Shown: in pieces, positions 10,057 through 18,704 of the stretch
Position numbering within the stretch: position 1 is the first letter of the stretch
How the letters are laid out: each line of letters starts with the position of its first letter
Source: a virus
Length of the DNA: 64,000 nt
Virus record (IMG/VR): IMGVR_UViG_3300027851_001140
Span: 30,857 to 94,856 of that record
Reading direction: 5' to 3' (one strand)
Made by a program: the position numbers and the translations under genes
Notes under the pieces: generated by a model
The model's input: only the letters and a program-made list of their open reading frames with translations
What the model was told of the DNA's origin: nothing
Databases searched by the model: none

Positions 10057-11089
10057 CAGACACCATAGACAACAAGGAATCTACTTCGGACTCTGCGAGA
10101 ACCATGTCGATATCTTCGCCTCCTTTTGTCTTTATTCCACTCAAAAGCTTTTCCTTCAAAGAAGAATTCACGTCAAGAGACAACGAAGCGTCCTTATCTT
10201 CATGGACAAAGTGAACCTTTACAACATTGCTGGGCAGCTCACTTGGAAGGTCGTCCTTGGAGGAAAGGACCCACTTAACGTACGAATTAGGAGGCACCTC
10301 ATCGTTTTTCTTGGCCACCACAAGTTGGTTAGAAGGTACAGGAATAAAACGAGGAGATGTGGGCTCCTCTGTATCCACCAGAAGGACCCCACGGGGCCAT
10401 CCATCACTAAACCTAGTCTGCACAGGGCTTCCGGAGTAGAAAGCGTTTGACGCTACTTCTTGAGGCTTGTGAATGTCACCCAGAGCCCAGTAAGTGACCG
10501 GAAGAGAGGAGTCGGGAGCTTCTTCCCCATCCTCCAGGCAGTACACTCCTCCTGTCTTCAACTGAATGTCAGTTTGAGACCCTCGTATTGTTTCGTGGCA
10601 TACCATAATAAAGTTACTGTGGGGAACAAGCAAGGATGACTGCCTGAAGTCACTAACTGCCTTGAGAGACTCTGTTCTGAACCCATTCTTTTTATGGCAC
10701 AACAAACAAAATACAGTGTCTCTTATACAGACGAACTGAGTTCTTTCTGTAATGGTGGAATTGGATAGTCTCCCGAAAGAAGACAGCATAGAAAGGTAGT
10801 GGAGAGCAGTGTACCCTGTTGCATCTATTCTATCATGATTTCCTGGTATCATGAGGATGTGGAAGCCAGCTGCATCGTAGGCTAAGATCTTCCTCTCCAA
10901 AAGTTCGCGGTCTTCTTGTGTGGCTGTGTTGGGATTATCAAAAATATCCCCAGCAACGACTACAACATCTACATTATGGTCATAAGCTATGTCGAATATA
11001 GAGTCTATCATCTCCTCTTGCCTCCTAAAAGAGCCAGGAAGAGAACTATTAACTCCAATGTGCCAATCAGCTGTATGAAGGAATTTCAT
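10049..11089 (-). CDS. sbcD: SbcD/Mre11-family metallophosphoesterase nuclease
   Basis: LHTADWHIG, VAGDIFD, PGNHD, ALGDIH, YSGSP motifs. Confidence 0.92.
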   Translation of the reverse strand: MKFLHTADWHIGVNSSLPGSFRRQEEMIDSIFDIAYDHNVDVVVVAGDIFDNPNTATQEDRELLERKILAYDAAGFHILMIPGNHDRIDATGYTALHYLSMLSSFGRLSNSTITERTQFVCIRDTVFCLLCHKKNGFRTESLKAVSDFRQSSLLVPHSNFIMVCHETIRGSQTDIQLKTGGVYCLEDGEEAPDSSLPVTYWALGDIHKPQEVASNAFYSGSPVQTRFSDGWPRGVLLVDTEEPTSPRFIPVPSNQLVVAKKNDEVPPNSYVKWVLSSKDDLPSELPSNVVKVHFVHEDKDASLSLDVNSSLKEKLLSGIKTKGGEDIDMVLAESEVDSLLSMVSDV

Positions 11090-11715
11090 ATGTTAGGAAG
11101 TACCCCTTCATTCCTAAGGTAGTTCAGGATTAAGGAAGAGGCCTCCTCCCTAGAAAAGAACTTTCCGTTAGGAGGAGCGTGGCGAACGTAAGTCTCTCCG
11201 TTTCTGTGCCACAATCTGATCTCGTCTATGATGATTTGTTCAGTGGACAGCCTCATCTTAAACCTGACAAAGGTGAGGAAATGTCGTTTGCACATGAGCA
11301 CCAAGCCATACCAACTTGCAACGCCAGAGTCTACCTTAACCTTGTGGAGGTTAAGTACAACAAAGAGACTTCTAGAGCGAAGCGGTAATATTATCTTTTC
11401 GTAAAGGGTCTCGTCTATAACTGTTATTCCTATCGTGTTGGCTAAAAACTGAGCCAGGGGAAGTATAAACTTGACCTCAGCCGCCTTCACTTGAGGAGGT
11501 ACATCAGGGTAAGCAGAGTCTGATCTATAGGAATATTCGATATGGTCGTCTGGACCAACAGAATTAGGGTCCGTGTTACCCACTTCTATGGGTTTATGTG
11601 TGATCGGGTCATAGACCGTAGTATCCAAACGAGCCATAGGGTCCTTGGCAAGTTTTCCCTCCTCAAGAAGATCTAAAACTGAGTTAGAACTCTGTGATGG
11701 TCTTTCATGCGTCAT
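11086..11715 (-). CDS. Hypothetical protein
   Basis: 209 aa ORF, ATGA overlap with sbcD. Confidence 0.65.
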   Translation of the reverse strand: MTHERPSQSSNSVLDLLEEGKLAKDPMARLDTTVYDPITHKPIEVGNTDPNSVGPDDHIEYSYRSDSAYPDVPPQVKAAEVKFILPLAQFLANTIGITVIDETLYEKIILPLRSRSLFVVLNLHKVKVDSGVASWYGLVLMCKRHFLTFVRFKMRLSTEQIIIDEIRLWHRNGETYVRHAPPNGKFFSREEASSLILNYLRNEGVLPNI

Positions 11716-11721
11716 AAGTAA

Positions 11722-12231
11722 TCACAGGTCCTTTGACCCAAGGAAAGAACGAATATGTGACCTACACACTTTTGTGGCAGATCTAATGGAGGTGCAGGAG
11801 GAAGTAGTCTCTACACCAGAGGAAGAAACCAAAGAAAGTGAGGACAAGGAAGCTTCTTTTCCTTTGTAGGAAGCGTGCAGACTTAGTACCCTGTTACCAC
11901 AATGAAATACAACAATAGGGGCCCAAGTAGACCTTACTATTCCCCGTCTTTTTGTAGACGAAAGGTTTAGAAAATCAAATACACAGTAAGTATTGGAAGC
12001 CAAGGAAGAGTCGGACTCTAGAGATAAAGAAAAAAGAGAAGAGACATCGACGTTCAACTGCAGGGCCAACTCGTTAGCGAGCGGCCTAAGTTGAAGCATA
12101 AACTTGCTTGACACTACCCTAAATCGTGTCTCTTGGAAATCGATAACACGATCCTCAAGAGACACGATGGGATTATCGGCCAATGTAAAGCGGCTTCCCG
12201 TATGTCGTACGATGGTACGAGTAGTTTCCAT
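11722..12231 (-). CDS. Hypothetical protein
   Basis: 169 aa ORF filling the gap after recA; TGTAAAGG lies 7 nt before the ATG. Confidence 0.55.
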   Translation of the reverse strand: METTRTIVRHTGSRFTLADNPIVSLEDRVIDFQETRFRVVSSKFMLQLRPLANELALQLNVDVSSLFSLSLESDSSLASNTYCVFDFLNLSSTKRRGIVRSTWAPIVVFHCGNRVLSLHASYKGKEASLSSLSLVSSSGVETTSSCTSIRSATKVCRSHIRSFLGSKDL

Positions 12232-12252
12232 CGTAAAACCTTTACAGGTTGG

Positions 12253-13527
12253 TCAGGCCAAAGTAACCTCTGTCGCAATATCCTCGTCAGAAGACTTTTT
12301 TCTCTTCTTCTTCTCTGGCGGAGCACTAACTACAGGGGCAGACCCCAAAACTGCTTCAAGCTCGTTCTCTTCGTCGTACGCAGCTTCCTCGTCAAATTCA
12401 TAAATGTTGTCCCAGTCATTGGCCTTAAAGTATAGAGAATAAGCCAGATCAGATTCTAACTGAGATCGGCACGCACGTCTAAACTCGTTAGAGCACAGAA
12501 CCGTGTATAGGTCATCAGTGTAGAATGCCTGATTATTCCAGCTGTAGTCTTCCTCTACCTGAAGACAGATCATCTTCTTGTTTCCAGATTTTTGTATTTG
12601 CCCAGTCAACTCTAGGTACCCAAGACCATCACGACCCCGCTCAAATCCCCTACCGAAAGCCACTGCCAACATCTCCTTACACTCAAGGAAAGGAGGAAAT
12701 TGCTTGTTTTTCTTTGTAGAAATGTTGATAAAACGCATGGATCGATTTCGCTCCACAAACGCCTTTTGTACTGCAGAGGCTCTAAAATTAAGGTCAGGAT
12801 AAAAACGCCATGCTTGTCCTCCTGGCTCATACTCCGGTGACCCAAACATCTGACCAGGATTCAGTCGTATCTGATTTGTAGCAAATAAAGATACGTTCTT
12901 CCTTCCTAGCTTGGATTTTATAAGAGGCAAATACATAGAGTGGACCGAAGCAGCGGCAGCCATTCTTACGTTTTCATCGTCCTCCTCGATAGACTCTGGA
13001 AGCATAGATGCAACGGAATCTATTACCACCAATCCCTGAGGCTTGGGTCGTCCACCGTCTTCTGCTGGAGAGTAGTCGGGAAAAGAACGAAGAAGACGAG
13101 CAATCGTACGGTATGTCTGCTCTGCAGTAGAGGGCTGATAATAATGAAAGTAGGGGTTCTTACTTCCATCAGACAGCCTCATTCTAACCCCCAAAGCGTG
13201 GAAGTATTTAGCGTCAGATGCAACCTCATGGTCAAAAAAGAAAACAGGCACCTGTGTTCGAGTGGCATTGGCAATAAGATGCCCAGCCATAGTGGACTTA
13301 CCGCTGCCCTCCGGGCCAAACACCTTAGAAACTTTTCCAGGAGGAAGTCCCCCTCCTGTAAGAAGGTCTAGAATAAGAGAGCCGAAACTAATAGCTCCCT
13401 GGACGTAAGACCCTCTATCGAGGAGAACAGGAGGATTGTCTAGGTCCTTTCCTATGCTCTCTGCTCTTTCTGCCAGATCTGAAATAGAAGTAAAGTAATT
13501 CTTTTCTACGGGTTTTTTCTTTGCCAT
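12253..13527 (-). CDS. recA: RecA/UvsX recombinase
   Basis: Walker A GPEGSGKST, Walker B VVIDSVA, NQIR, PEYEPGG; start moved to ATG 13527 behind an AGGA RBS. Confidence 0.93.
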   Translation of the reverse strand: MAKKKPVEKNYFTSISDLAERAESIGKDLDNPPVLLDRGSYVQGAISFGSLILDLLTGGGLPPGKVSKVFGPEGSGKSTMAGHLIANATRTQVPVFFFDHEVASDAKYFHALGVRMRLSDGSKNPYFHYYQPSTAEQTYRTIARLLRSFPDYSPAEDGGRPKPQGLVVIDSVASMLPESIEEDDENVRMAAAASVHSMYLPLIKSKLGRKNVSLFATNQIRLNPGQMFGSPEYEPGGQAWRFYPDLNFRASAVQKAFVERNRSMRFINISTKKNKQFPPFLECKEMLAVAFGRGFERGRDGLGYLELTGQIQKSGNKKMICLQVEEDYSWNNQAFYTDDLYTVLCSNEFRRACRSQLESDLAYSLYFKANDWDNIYEFDEEAAYDEENELEAVLGSAPVVSAPPEKKKRKKSSDEDIATEVTLA

Positions 13528-13578
13528 GATATTCCTGTTAGTGTGTATAGTTATCAACGGGCCGACGAAATGAGGAGC

Positions 13579-15321
13579 CTACTGGCTGGCCAAACTGGTA
13601 GGCTGTTCCTGAACAATGCGTCCTTTTTCGTCGAAGCGAACATAACAAGTCCACCCCGAATTATCCTCTGCGTAGGGCTTTCCTTTTGACGAGAGGATAA
13701 CCTTCATTTTAGACCCCGAAGGAGACAAAAAAGAAGGGCGAAGATTTTTCACACGAGAAGAGGAGAGTAGAGTGTCAGACCACTCCCAGTACTCCGATAC
13801 AAATTCGTTAATAGGTCTTCCCTCAGCCACCCGACCAACGTCTTCTTCTACTTGAGCGGCCATGTCGGGGTCCAATAAGTCTGGAAGGGCTCTGCGAACA
13901 GCAGTCAGCACAACTTCTCCTTTGGGAGTGAGAGTGGCAACGCCTCCGCCTCCAAATTCCACGTAAGAATTATTGCTCATCCAGTTTAGAGCCTTGGTAT
14001 AAGTGTGAGGAAACCCAAAAAAATGATTTGTCATCCATTCGATGATGGAGTTGTAATGCATTCTGACGGGAGACCTAGAAGTAACTTCCACTACGGAAAC
14101 ATCTGCCAGCACTGAGTCCGACTCTATTGGAGAATGACTAGGCTCAAATATTCTGCCACTAAGCTGGTGCCACCCCGGTGTATGAACCGAAGTACCCTGT
14201 ATCGACCCCATAAGGTCGGAAGAGTTGTAGAAGGAAGCAGAGTGACACTCTATCAAAGAATTAGTACCTTGAGACCCTGCAGTCCTAAACCATATGGCAG
14301 AGTACACATCCCTTTCCTTAGACCTTAAGTCTGTTTTGGAAGGCTCAAAGTAAAAGTCGGTAGGATATATACCAAAGGAATTTCCAACAAAAGAGGGCGA
14401 AGCGGAAAGATGGGCACCCATCATCCTTTCGGAGATGAAGTCCCTGACTCTATTGGCTGCTGCCAATGGCATTTCATTTCCGCTTACCATTGGATAAGAC
14501 GTAAGCCCTCTAGAATATAGAGAAGTACAGATTTCTATACAGGATCTTGCGTCTATGCCGTAACGAGAAAAGCAAAACGAAAGAAGAGAAGAAAGAGAAA
14601 ATAACCCAGGTACAACACTGGCCTTCTTATTGGAGGAGTATACGACAGAAGATGATTTTAACTTTTGTGCAAAATCTTCTGCTTCGTTTTCTGAGGCAAA
14701 GACCCACGATGAATAAGATCCATCACTGAGTAACGCTCTAACCTCATAGGCTTTGTCGGGACGAAATTTTCTTATACTACGTTCTCTTCGTGCGACAGCC
14801 GATAACACTGGAATAAAATAGCTGAGTTCGACATCTCTACCCAGGATAGAGGATATACGAGGAGACAGCACAAATCTAGCTATCCTATCTACAACTTCTC
14901 TAGCCAGGAAGGAGTTAGAGAGGTTGGTATCTATGCAGTCGCCAGAACTTTCTAGAGAAGCGGATAAATTTGTCAAATCAAGTGACGAAGGTCGTATTCT
15001 TCTGAAGGTTTTTCCAGAATTAGAGGCAGTGTGCTGTAGATGTTGGGATAGCAGTTCTCCTTCTGGAGAAAAGTCAAAAAAAGAAACAACCTCTGAGGAG
15101 GTTTCTACAGCCTTCTTTAGGAGAGAGAAGGTATATGGATTAGTAATCTTCCAAGACGGAGAGAAGTCTTTCCTTCCAAACCCTATGCTAGACTTGGGAA
15201 GGTCCATGTAGTGGCCATTTGTGCTTACCACATGTACGTCATTATTTAATGACATCTTCCTAAGACTGTTTAGGAGGGCGGACCTCTTTCCTTCTGTCTC
15301 TACCACAAGAAGTATCATCAC
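13579..15321 (-). CDS. Type IA topoisomerase-like protein with degenerate active site
   Basis: TOPRIM LLVVE..K, GHYMDLP, D..PEGE; LYSRGLTSY with the catalytic-position Tyr; VYSAIWFR; LTPKG. Confidence 0.8.
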   Translation of the reverse strand: MMILLVVETEGKRSALLNSLRKMSLNNDVHVVSTNGHYMDLPKSSIGFGRKDFSPSWKITNPYTFSLLKKAVETSSEVVSFFDFSPEGELLSQHLQHTASNSGKTFRRIRPSSLDLTNLSASLESSGDCIDTNLSNSFLAREVVDRIARFVLSPRISSILGRDVELSYFIPVLSAVARRERSIRKFRPDKAYEVRALLSDGSYSSWVFASENEAEDFAQKLKSSSVVYSSNKKASVVPGLFSLSSLLSFCFSRYGIDARSCIEICTSLYSRGLTSYPMVSGNEMPLAAANRVRDFISERMMGAHLSASPSFVGNSFGIYPTDFYFEPSKTDLRSKERDVYSAIWFRTAGSQGTNSLIECHSASFYNSSDLMGSIQGTSVHTPGWHQLSGRIFEPSHSPIESDSVLADVSVVEVTSRSPVRMHYNSIIEWMTNHFFGFPHTYTKALNWMSNNSYVEFGGGGVATLTPKGEVVLTAVRRALPDLLDPDMAAQVEEDVGRVAEGRPINEFVSEYWEWSDTLLSSSRVKNLRPSFLSPSGSKMKVILSSKGKPYAEDNSGWTCYVRFDEKGRIVQEQPTSLASQ

Positions 15322-15620
15322 ATATTCCTAATGCACTCATACAGAGAGGATTCGTCAAAAACTCCTGTAATACTGCAGGATAGCTTTCCTCTCACGAAGA
15401 ATCTTAGTTGAGGAACTCTCACACAAGAAAACTCTTCTAGTGAAGGGTCTGACTTAACATGAACGTAAAATACGGAACACCCGCTGGAATATAGTCTGTT
15501 CTCGTTTGAACTAACGATAGACATGGCACGAGAGGACAGAACAGAATCCTTTGTGTACAAAAGGACACATACGAGTTTACCTGACCTTATGGCGTGTAAC
15601 GCGTCTTCTTCTTGATTCAT
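15318..15620 (-). CDS. Thioredoxin-fold protein lacking CxxC
   Basis: VCVLLYTKDSVLS...VRVPQLRFFVRGK...ITG follows the thioredoxin pattern including the cis-Pro, but CxxC is replaced by SVLS. Confidence 0.6.
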   Translation of the reverse strand: MNQEEDALHAIRSGKLVCVLLYTKDSVLSSRAMSIVSSNENRLYSSGCSVFYVHVKSDPSLEEFSCVRVPQLRFFVRGKLSCSITGVFDESSLYECIRNM

Positions 15621-15658
15621 AAAATATAGGGGCTCTTGCACAAGAGCCCCTATATTTT
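15621..15658. terminator. Perfect inverted repeat, probable terminator after SSB
   Basis: AAAATATAGGGGCTCTTG-CA-CAAGAGCCCCTATATTTT, 18-bp arms. Confidence 0.7.
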
Positions 15659-15666
15659 ACAATATG

Positions 15667-16719
15667 TCAAACGTCAAATTCGTCGTCGAATTCTTCGTCA
15701 TCATCTTCGTCTACAGGAGGCTTCTTTGGCTTAGCCTTCTTAGGCGGAGGTGAGTCCTCGTCGTCATCTTCGTCGTCATCCTCAACAGGAGGCTTCTTTG
15801 GCTTAGCCTTCTTTGGTGGTACAGACTCAAATTCGTCGTCATCGTCGTCTACAGGAGGCTTCTTTGGCTTAGCCTTCTTAGGCGGAGGTGAGTCTTCTTC
15901 CTCGTCGTCGTCATCCTCTACAGGAGGCTTCTTTGGCTTAGCCTTCTTAGGCTCCTCGAATTCGTCGTCGTCATCGTCGTAAGACTTCTTGGACTTTCGG
16001 GAAGAAGAGGGAGCCTCGAAATCATCGTCGTCGTCATCTTCAGACTTCTTCGATTTCTTCGACTTTGAAGGAACTTTTTCGTCCGAATCAAAATACCCGT
16101 GACGTGTGAGATCTGCACGTATCTTATGCACGTCAGGTTCGGCCCAAAGCTCGTCAAAAGCAATCAACTCAAGAGAGGTTTCTTCCTCGGATAGAGGGGA
16201 TCTGTCACCCTTTTGAACCTGCCACTCAATGCCCCCTCTTTTTTTGGTGCGCTGCTTCTGCATAAAGACATCACAACCAAATCTAGGATGAGCAATGGAC
16301 CTCGCTTCCCCCTTTACTGAGTTAAGCTTCTTTAGGTCTAAAAGCTGCCTAAGAACGGTGGGAGGAATATCTAAGGCCCGTATAGGATCGCTGTCTCCCT
16401 TCCCCTGAGAGAGACGATCTATGACGTTAATCAGATATTTGATGGAGGGACGAAGTCCAGCCTCGCAAGCAGGACATCCTCCTTGCTTTGAGGGAGCCTC
16501 TTTGTCTGGATCCCAATTTGCACAATCAACAGGATAGCGTTTTACTTGCCCTTCTTTGTTAGTAAACTCAATCCAGTGTTGAGCATAACTATAGACGCCT
16601 CCTACAATCCTAAACTGATACCATTCATCGAGTTTAGGGAGGTCAGCTAGGGGGATATCTTCTTTCCAGTTTTTGTCACGGGTACGGGGATTAGTTTCGT
16701 CGAAATCTTTAAGTGCCAC
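15667..16719 (-). CDS. Single-stranded DNA-binding protein (gp32-like) with repetitive charged tail
   Basis: HWIEF...C..W...CPAC...YLINVIDR...GCDVF core; acidic C-terminus ending EFDDEFDV; replication cluster. Confidence 0.7.
   Translation of the reverse strand: MALKDFDETNPRTRDKNWKEDIPLADLPKLDEWYQFRIVGGVYSYAQHWIEFTNKEGQVKRYPVDCANWDPDKEAPSKQGGCPACEAGLRPSIKYLINVIDRLSQGKGDSDPIRALDIPPTVLRQLLDLKKLNSVKGEARSIAHPRFGCDVFMQKQRTKKRGGIEWQVQKGDRSPLSEEETSLELIAFDELWAEPDVHKIRADLTRHGYFDSDEKVPSKSKKSKKSEDDDDDDFEAPSSSRKSKKSYDDDDDEFEEPKKAKPKKPPVEDDDDEEEDSPPPKKAKPKKPPVDDDDDEFESVPPKKAKPKKPPVEDDDEDDDEDSPPPKKAKPKKPPVDEDDDEEFDDEFDV
15713..15948 (-). repeat. Four identical 29-nt coding repeats (KKAKPKKPPV) in the SSB tail
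   Basis: ACAGGAGGCTTCTTTGGCTTAGCCTTCTT at 15713, 15785, 15851 and 15920. Confidence 0.95.
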
Positions 16720-16754
16720 GGAGTATACCTTTTACGTAAGGGGGTGAAACGATT

Positions 16755-18101
16755 TTACGGATTGACAGAGATCTGTCTAAGTCTTTCTTCTTCAACCTTG
16801 TCCGGAGGAATAGGTTGAACCACATATTCAGTTAAACCATAAGCTAAGCAAACTAAGTTTCTAAGGTCGAACGATAGGTTATCAAGAAGACATTTTACAG
16901 AATCTGAAGCGGTGTAGTCGGCGGGATCTTCTGATTCGTCTTCTAACGGAGACACGCTCATAACGGTTGAGTTACCCTCCCAACGAAGTGGGTAGTCAAG
17001 AGACTTTACCTGAGAGGTTCGGACGGTCGAATAGACTGACTCCACGTGAGATTTTGAATACCCAGATAGATCCGAAAGCTGAGAATCTGTCAGAGGTCCC
17101 AGTCGCGATTCCTGCCTATGTCGTATAGCCTCTAGTTTAGCATAATGCTGCCAAGTGTTTGAGGATACTCGTATAAGATTTGAGTCTTCCTTTAGGTAGT
17201 AAAGCATGGACTGCCGTATCCACCATTTTGCGTGTCCAACAAAACGCGCGTTAGATACATTATCATAGGAGGATATGGCGCGTAGAAGACCAAAACTTCC
17301 GTTCTGGAAGTTGTCTAAGGCGGAGTCTTCGCTCACTGCCTGTCCTTTGGCTTGCTTGAGTATCACTCGACTATAGGCGTTGAATATTCTCTCATAAATG
17401 GAAGATAAAGCCTCTAGTCTAAGGGCTATGTAGCGAATCACTCCAAAGGCCGACCTTGCATTAAGTCCACACTCGTTCTCTATTCTGTAGCACACAAGCT
17501 CTGGTTCAGAAGGGTCTTCCCCAAGAAGACGAAGGTGCGTACTCAAGTAAGCGTTATATTCGTATTCGTGTGTCTTGCGATGCCATTCTTTGATAAACTG
17601 CTCAAATACCATCCTAGTTAGAGGAAGAGAGAAAACTATATCTATCTGAGATTTCTTGTCTCCACGAACCAAAGATGCCTGAAGATCCATGCAAGAACAC
17701 AAGAAATCAGCCTCTCTTTTGTCAGAATCTGCTGGAACGTCTTTTAGTACCCCTGAGACGAATTCAACAGGACGCCTGTATATTGCTTTATTTCGGTCCA
17801 GGTTTGCAGCCACCTCTGCTGCCAGGTTAATGATGCAAGACTGTATGTAACTATTTTCTTGGACCAGAAGGCGAACAGAATCGTTAACTAGAAGAGAAGC
17901 TCTACTGAACAGGGGAAACAACTCTTCTTGGGTCAGGGTGGCAGAAGAATTTATGGTCTCTATAAGAGAACGAGCAGTAATCAGGTCAGTCGACGCAGGC
18001 GATCGTTTATAGACACCCTGGGAGATTGTTGTCTCAAGCGATCCATCTCCGTCGAATTCATCGAGAGGAGAGACTCGCACAGTGTAAGAAGATGTGGACA
18101 T
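16755..18101 (-). CDS. Sigma70-family RNA polymerase sigma factor (start uncertain, possibly CTG 17984)
   Basis: Region 2 DNFQNGSFGLLRAISSYD...RFVGHAKWWIRQSM, then LIRVS and region 3 SLDYPL; region 4 truncated. Confidence 0.85.
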   Translation of the reverse strand: MSTSSYTVRVSPLDEFDGDGSLETTISQGVYKRSPASTDLITARSLIETINSSATLTQEELFPLFSRASLLVNDSVRLLVQENSYIQSCIINLAAEVAANLDRNKAIYRRPVEFVSGVLKDVPADSDKREADFLCSCMDLQASLVRGDKKSQIDIVFSLPLTRMVFEQFIKEWHRKTHEYEYNAYLSTHLRLLGEDPSEPELVCYRIENECGLNARSAFGVIRYIALRLEALSSIYERIFNAYSRVILKQAKGQAVSEDSALDNFQNGSFGLLRAISSYDNVSNARFVGHAKWWIRQSMLYYLKEDSNLIRVSSNTWQHYAKLEAIRHRQESRLGPLTDSQLSDLSGYSKSHVESVYSTVRTSQVKSLDYPLRWEGNSTVMSVSPLEDESEDPADYTASDSVKCLLDNLSFDLRNLVCLAYGLTEYVVQPIPPDKVEEERLRQISVNP

Positions 18102-18442
18102 AAGCCGGGCCTTTGTAATCCTCTATATTTATCAGGAATTTCGTCACGATCTACCCTAAGATCGGTAGACCCTGCTATAAACAAGGAAACAGCAAGACGA
18201 ATTCTAAAGTAAGGACAAGAACAAGATACCTTGGCCGAGGCTCCAGGATCCACTTCTGTTCCGTACACTCTAACTATGGATTTTCTTGGCTCCTTACCAC
18301 CGGTCACAATGGAAGAAAACTGAAGATGTACACCTAAGGTGTCTTCGCCTGAAGTGGATTTAAGTGAGTCCAAAGTATAGGAAGTTCTGAACCTTCTCCT
18401 GTCCTGTTGAGTGAGTACTAGAAGTTGGCTAAGAGTCAACAT
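17981..18442 (-). CDS. SWIM zinc-finger protein
   Basis: VSCSCPYF...PGLCPHL (CxC...CxH). Confidence 0.7.
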   Translation of the reverse strand: MLTLSQLLVLTQQDRRRFRTSYTLDSLKSTSGEDTLGVHLQFSSIVTGGKEPRKSIVRVYGTEVDPGASAKVSCSCPYFRIRLAVSLFIAGSTDLRVDRDEIPDKYRGLQRPGLCPHLLTLCESLLSMNSTEMDRLRQQSPRVSINDRLRRLT

Positions 18443-18687
18443 TACAGAGAGAATACCTTGCTTAATGTGTGTAGTATGGCTTCCAACTTTCTCAAGGAAA
18501 ACCTATTGGATTGAGTGCTCAAGATGTAGGACAATTTATTAGCATCTGTGCTTTGTATTATGAAAGCAAGAACCTCAGATAAAACAACTATGTCGTCTTC
18601 TGGAGAAAGACCAGATTGACGCAAGTGTTCCCTTACATCCTCAACATGCTTTCTAATACTAAGATGTTTGGATGAGGGAACACTCAT
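18442..18687 (-). CDS. Hypothetical protein, probably leaderless
   Basis: 81 aa, TAATG coupling downstream; TGTAAAAT 6 nt before the ATG. Confidence 0.6.
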   Translation of the reverse strand: MSVPSSKHLSIRKHVEDVREHLRQSGLSPEDDIVVLSEVLAFIIQSTDANKLSYILSTQSNRFSLRKLEAILHTLSKVFSL

Positions 18688-18704
18688 AGGTCAATTTTAC
18701 AATA

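Noticed and set aside
15713-15948. CRISPR-like array (four identical 29-nt repeats with 37-43 nt spacers), with a Cas4-like gene 6 kb away
   Set aside because: Periods are multiples of 3 inside the SSB ORF, spacers resemble each other and encode poly-Asp/Glu, and there is no leader or cas1/cas2.
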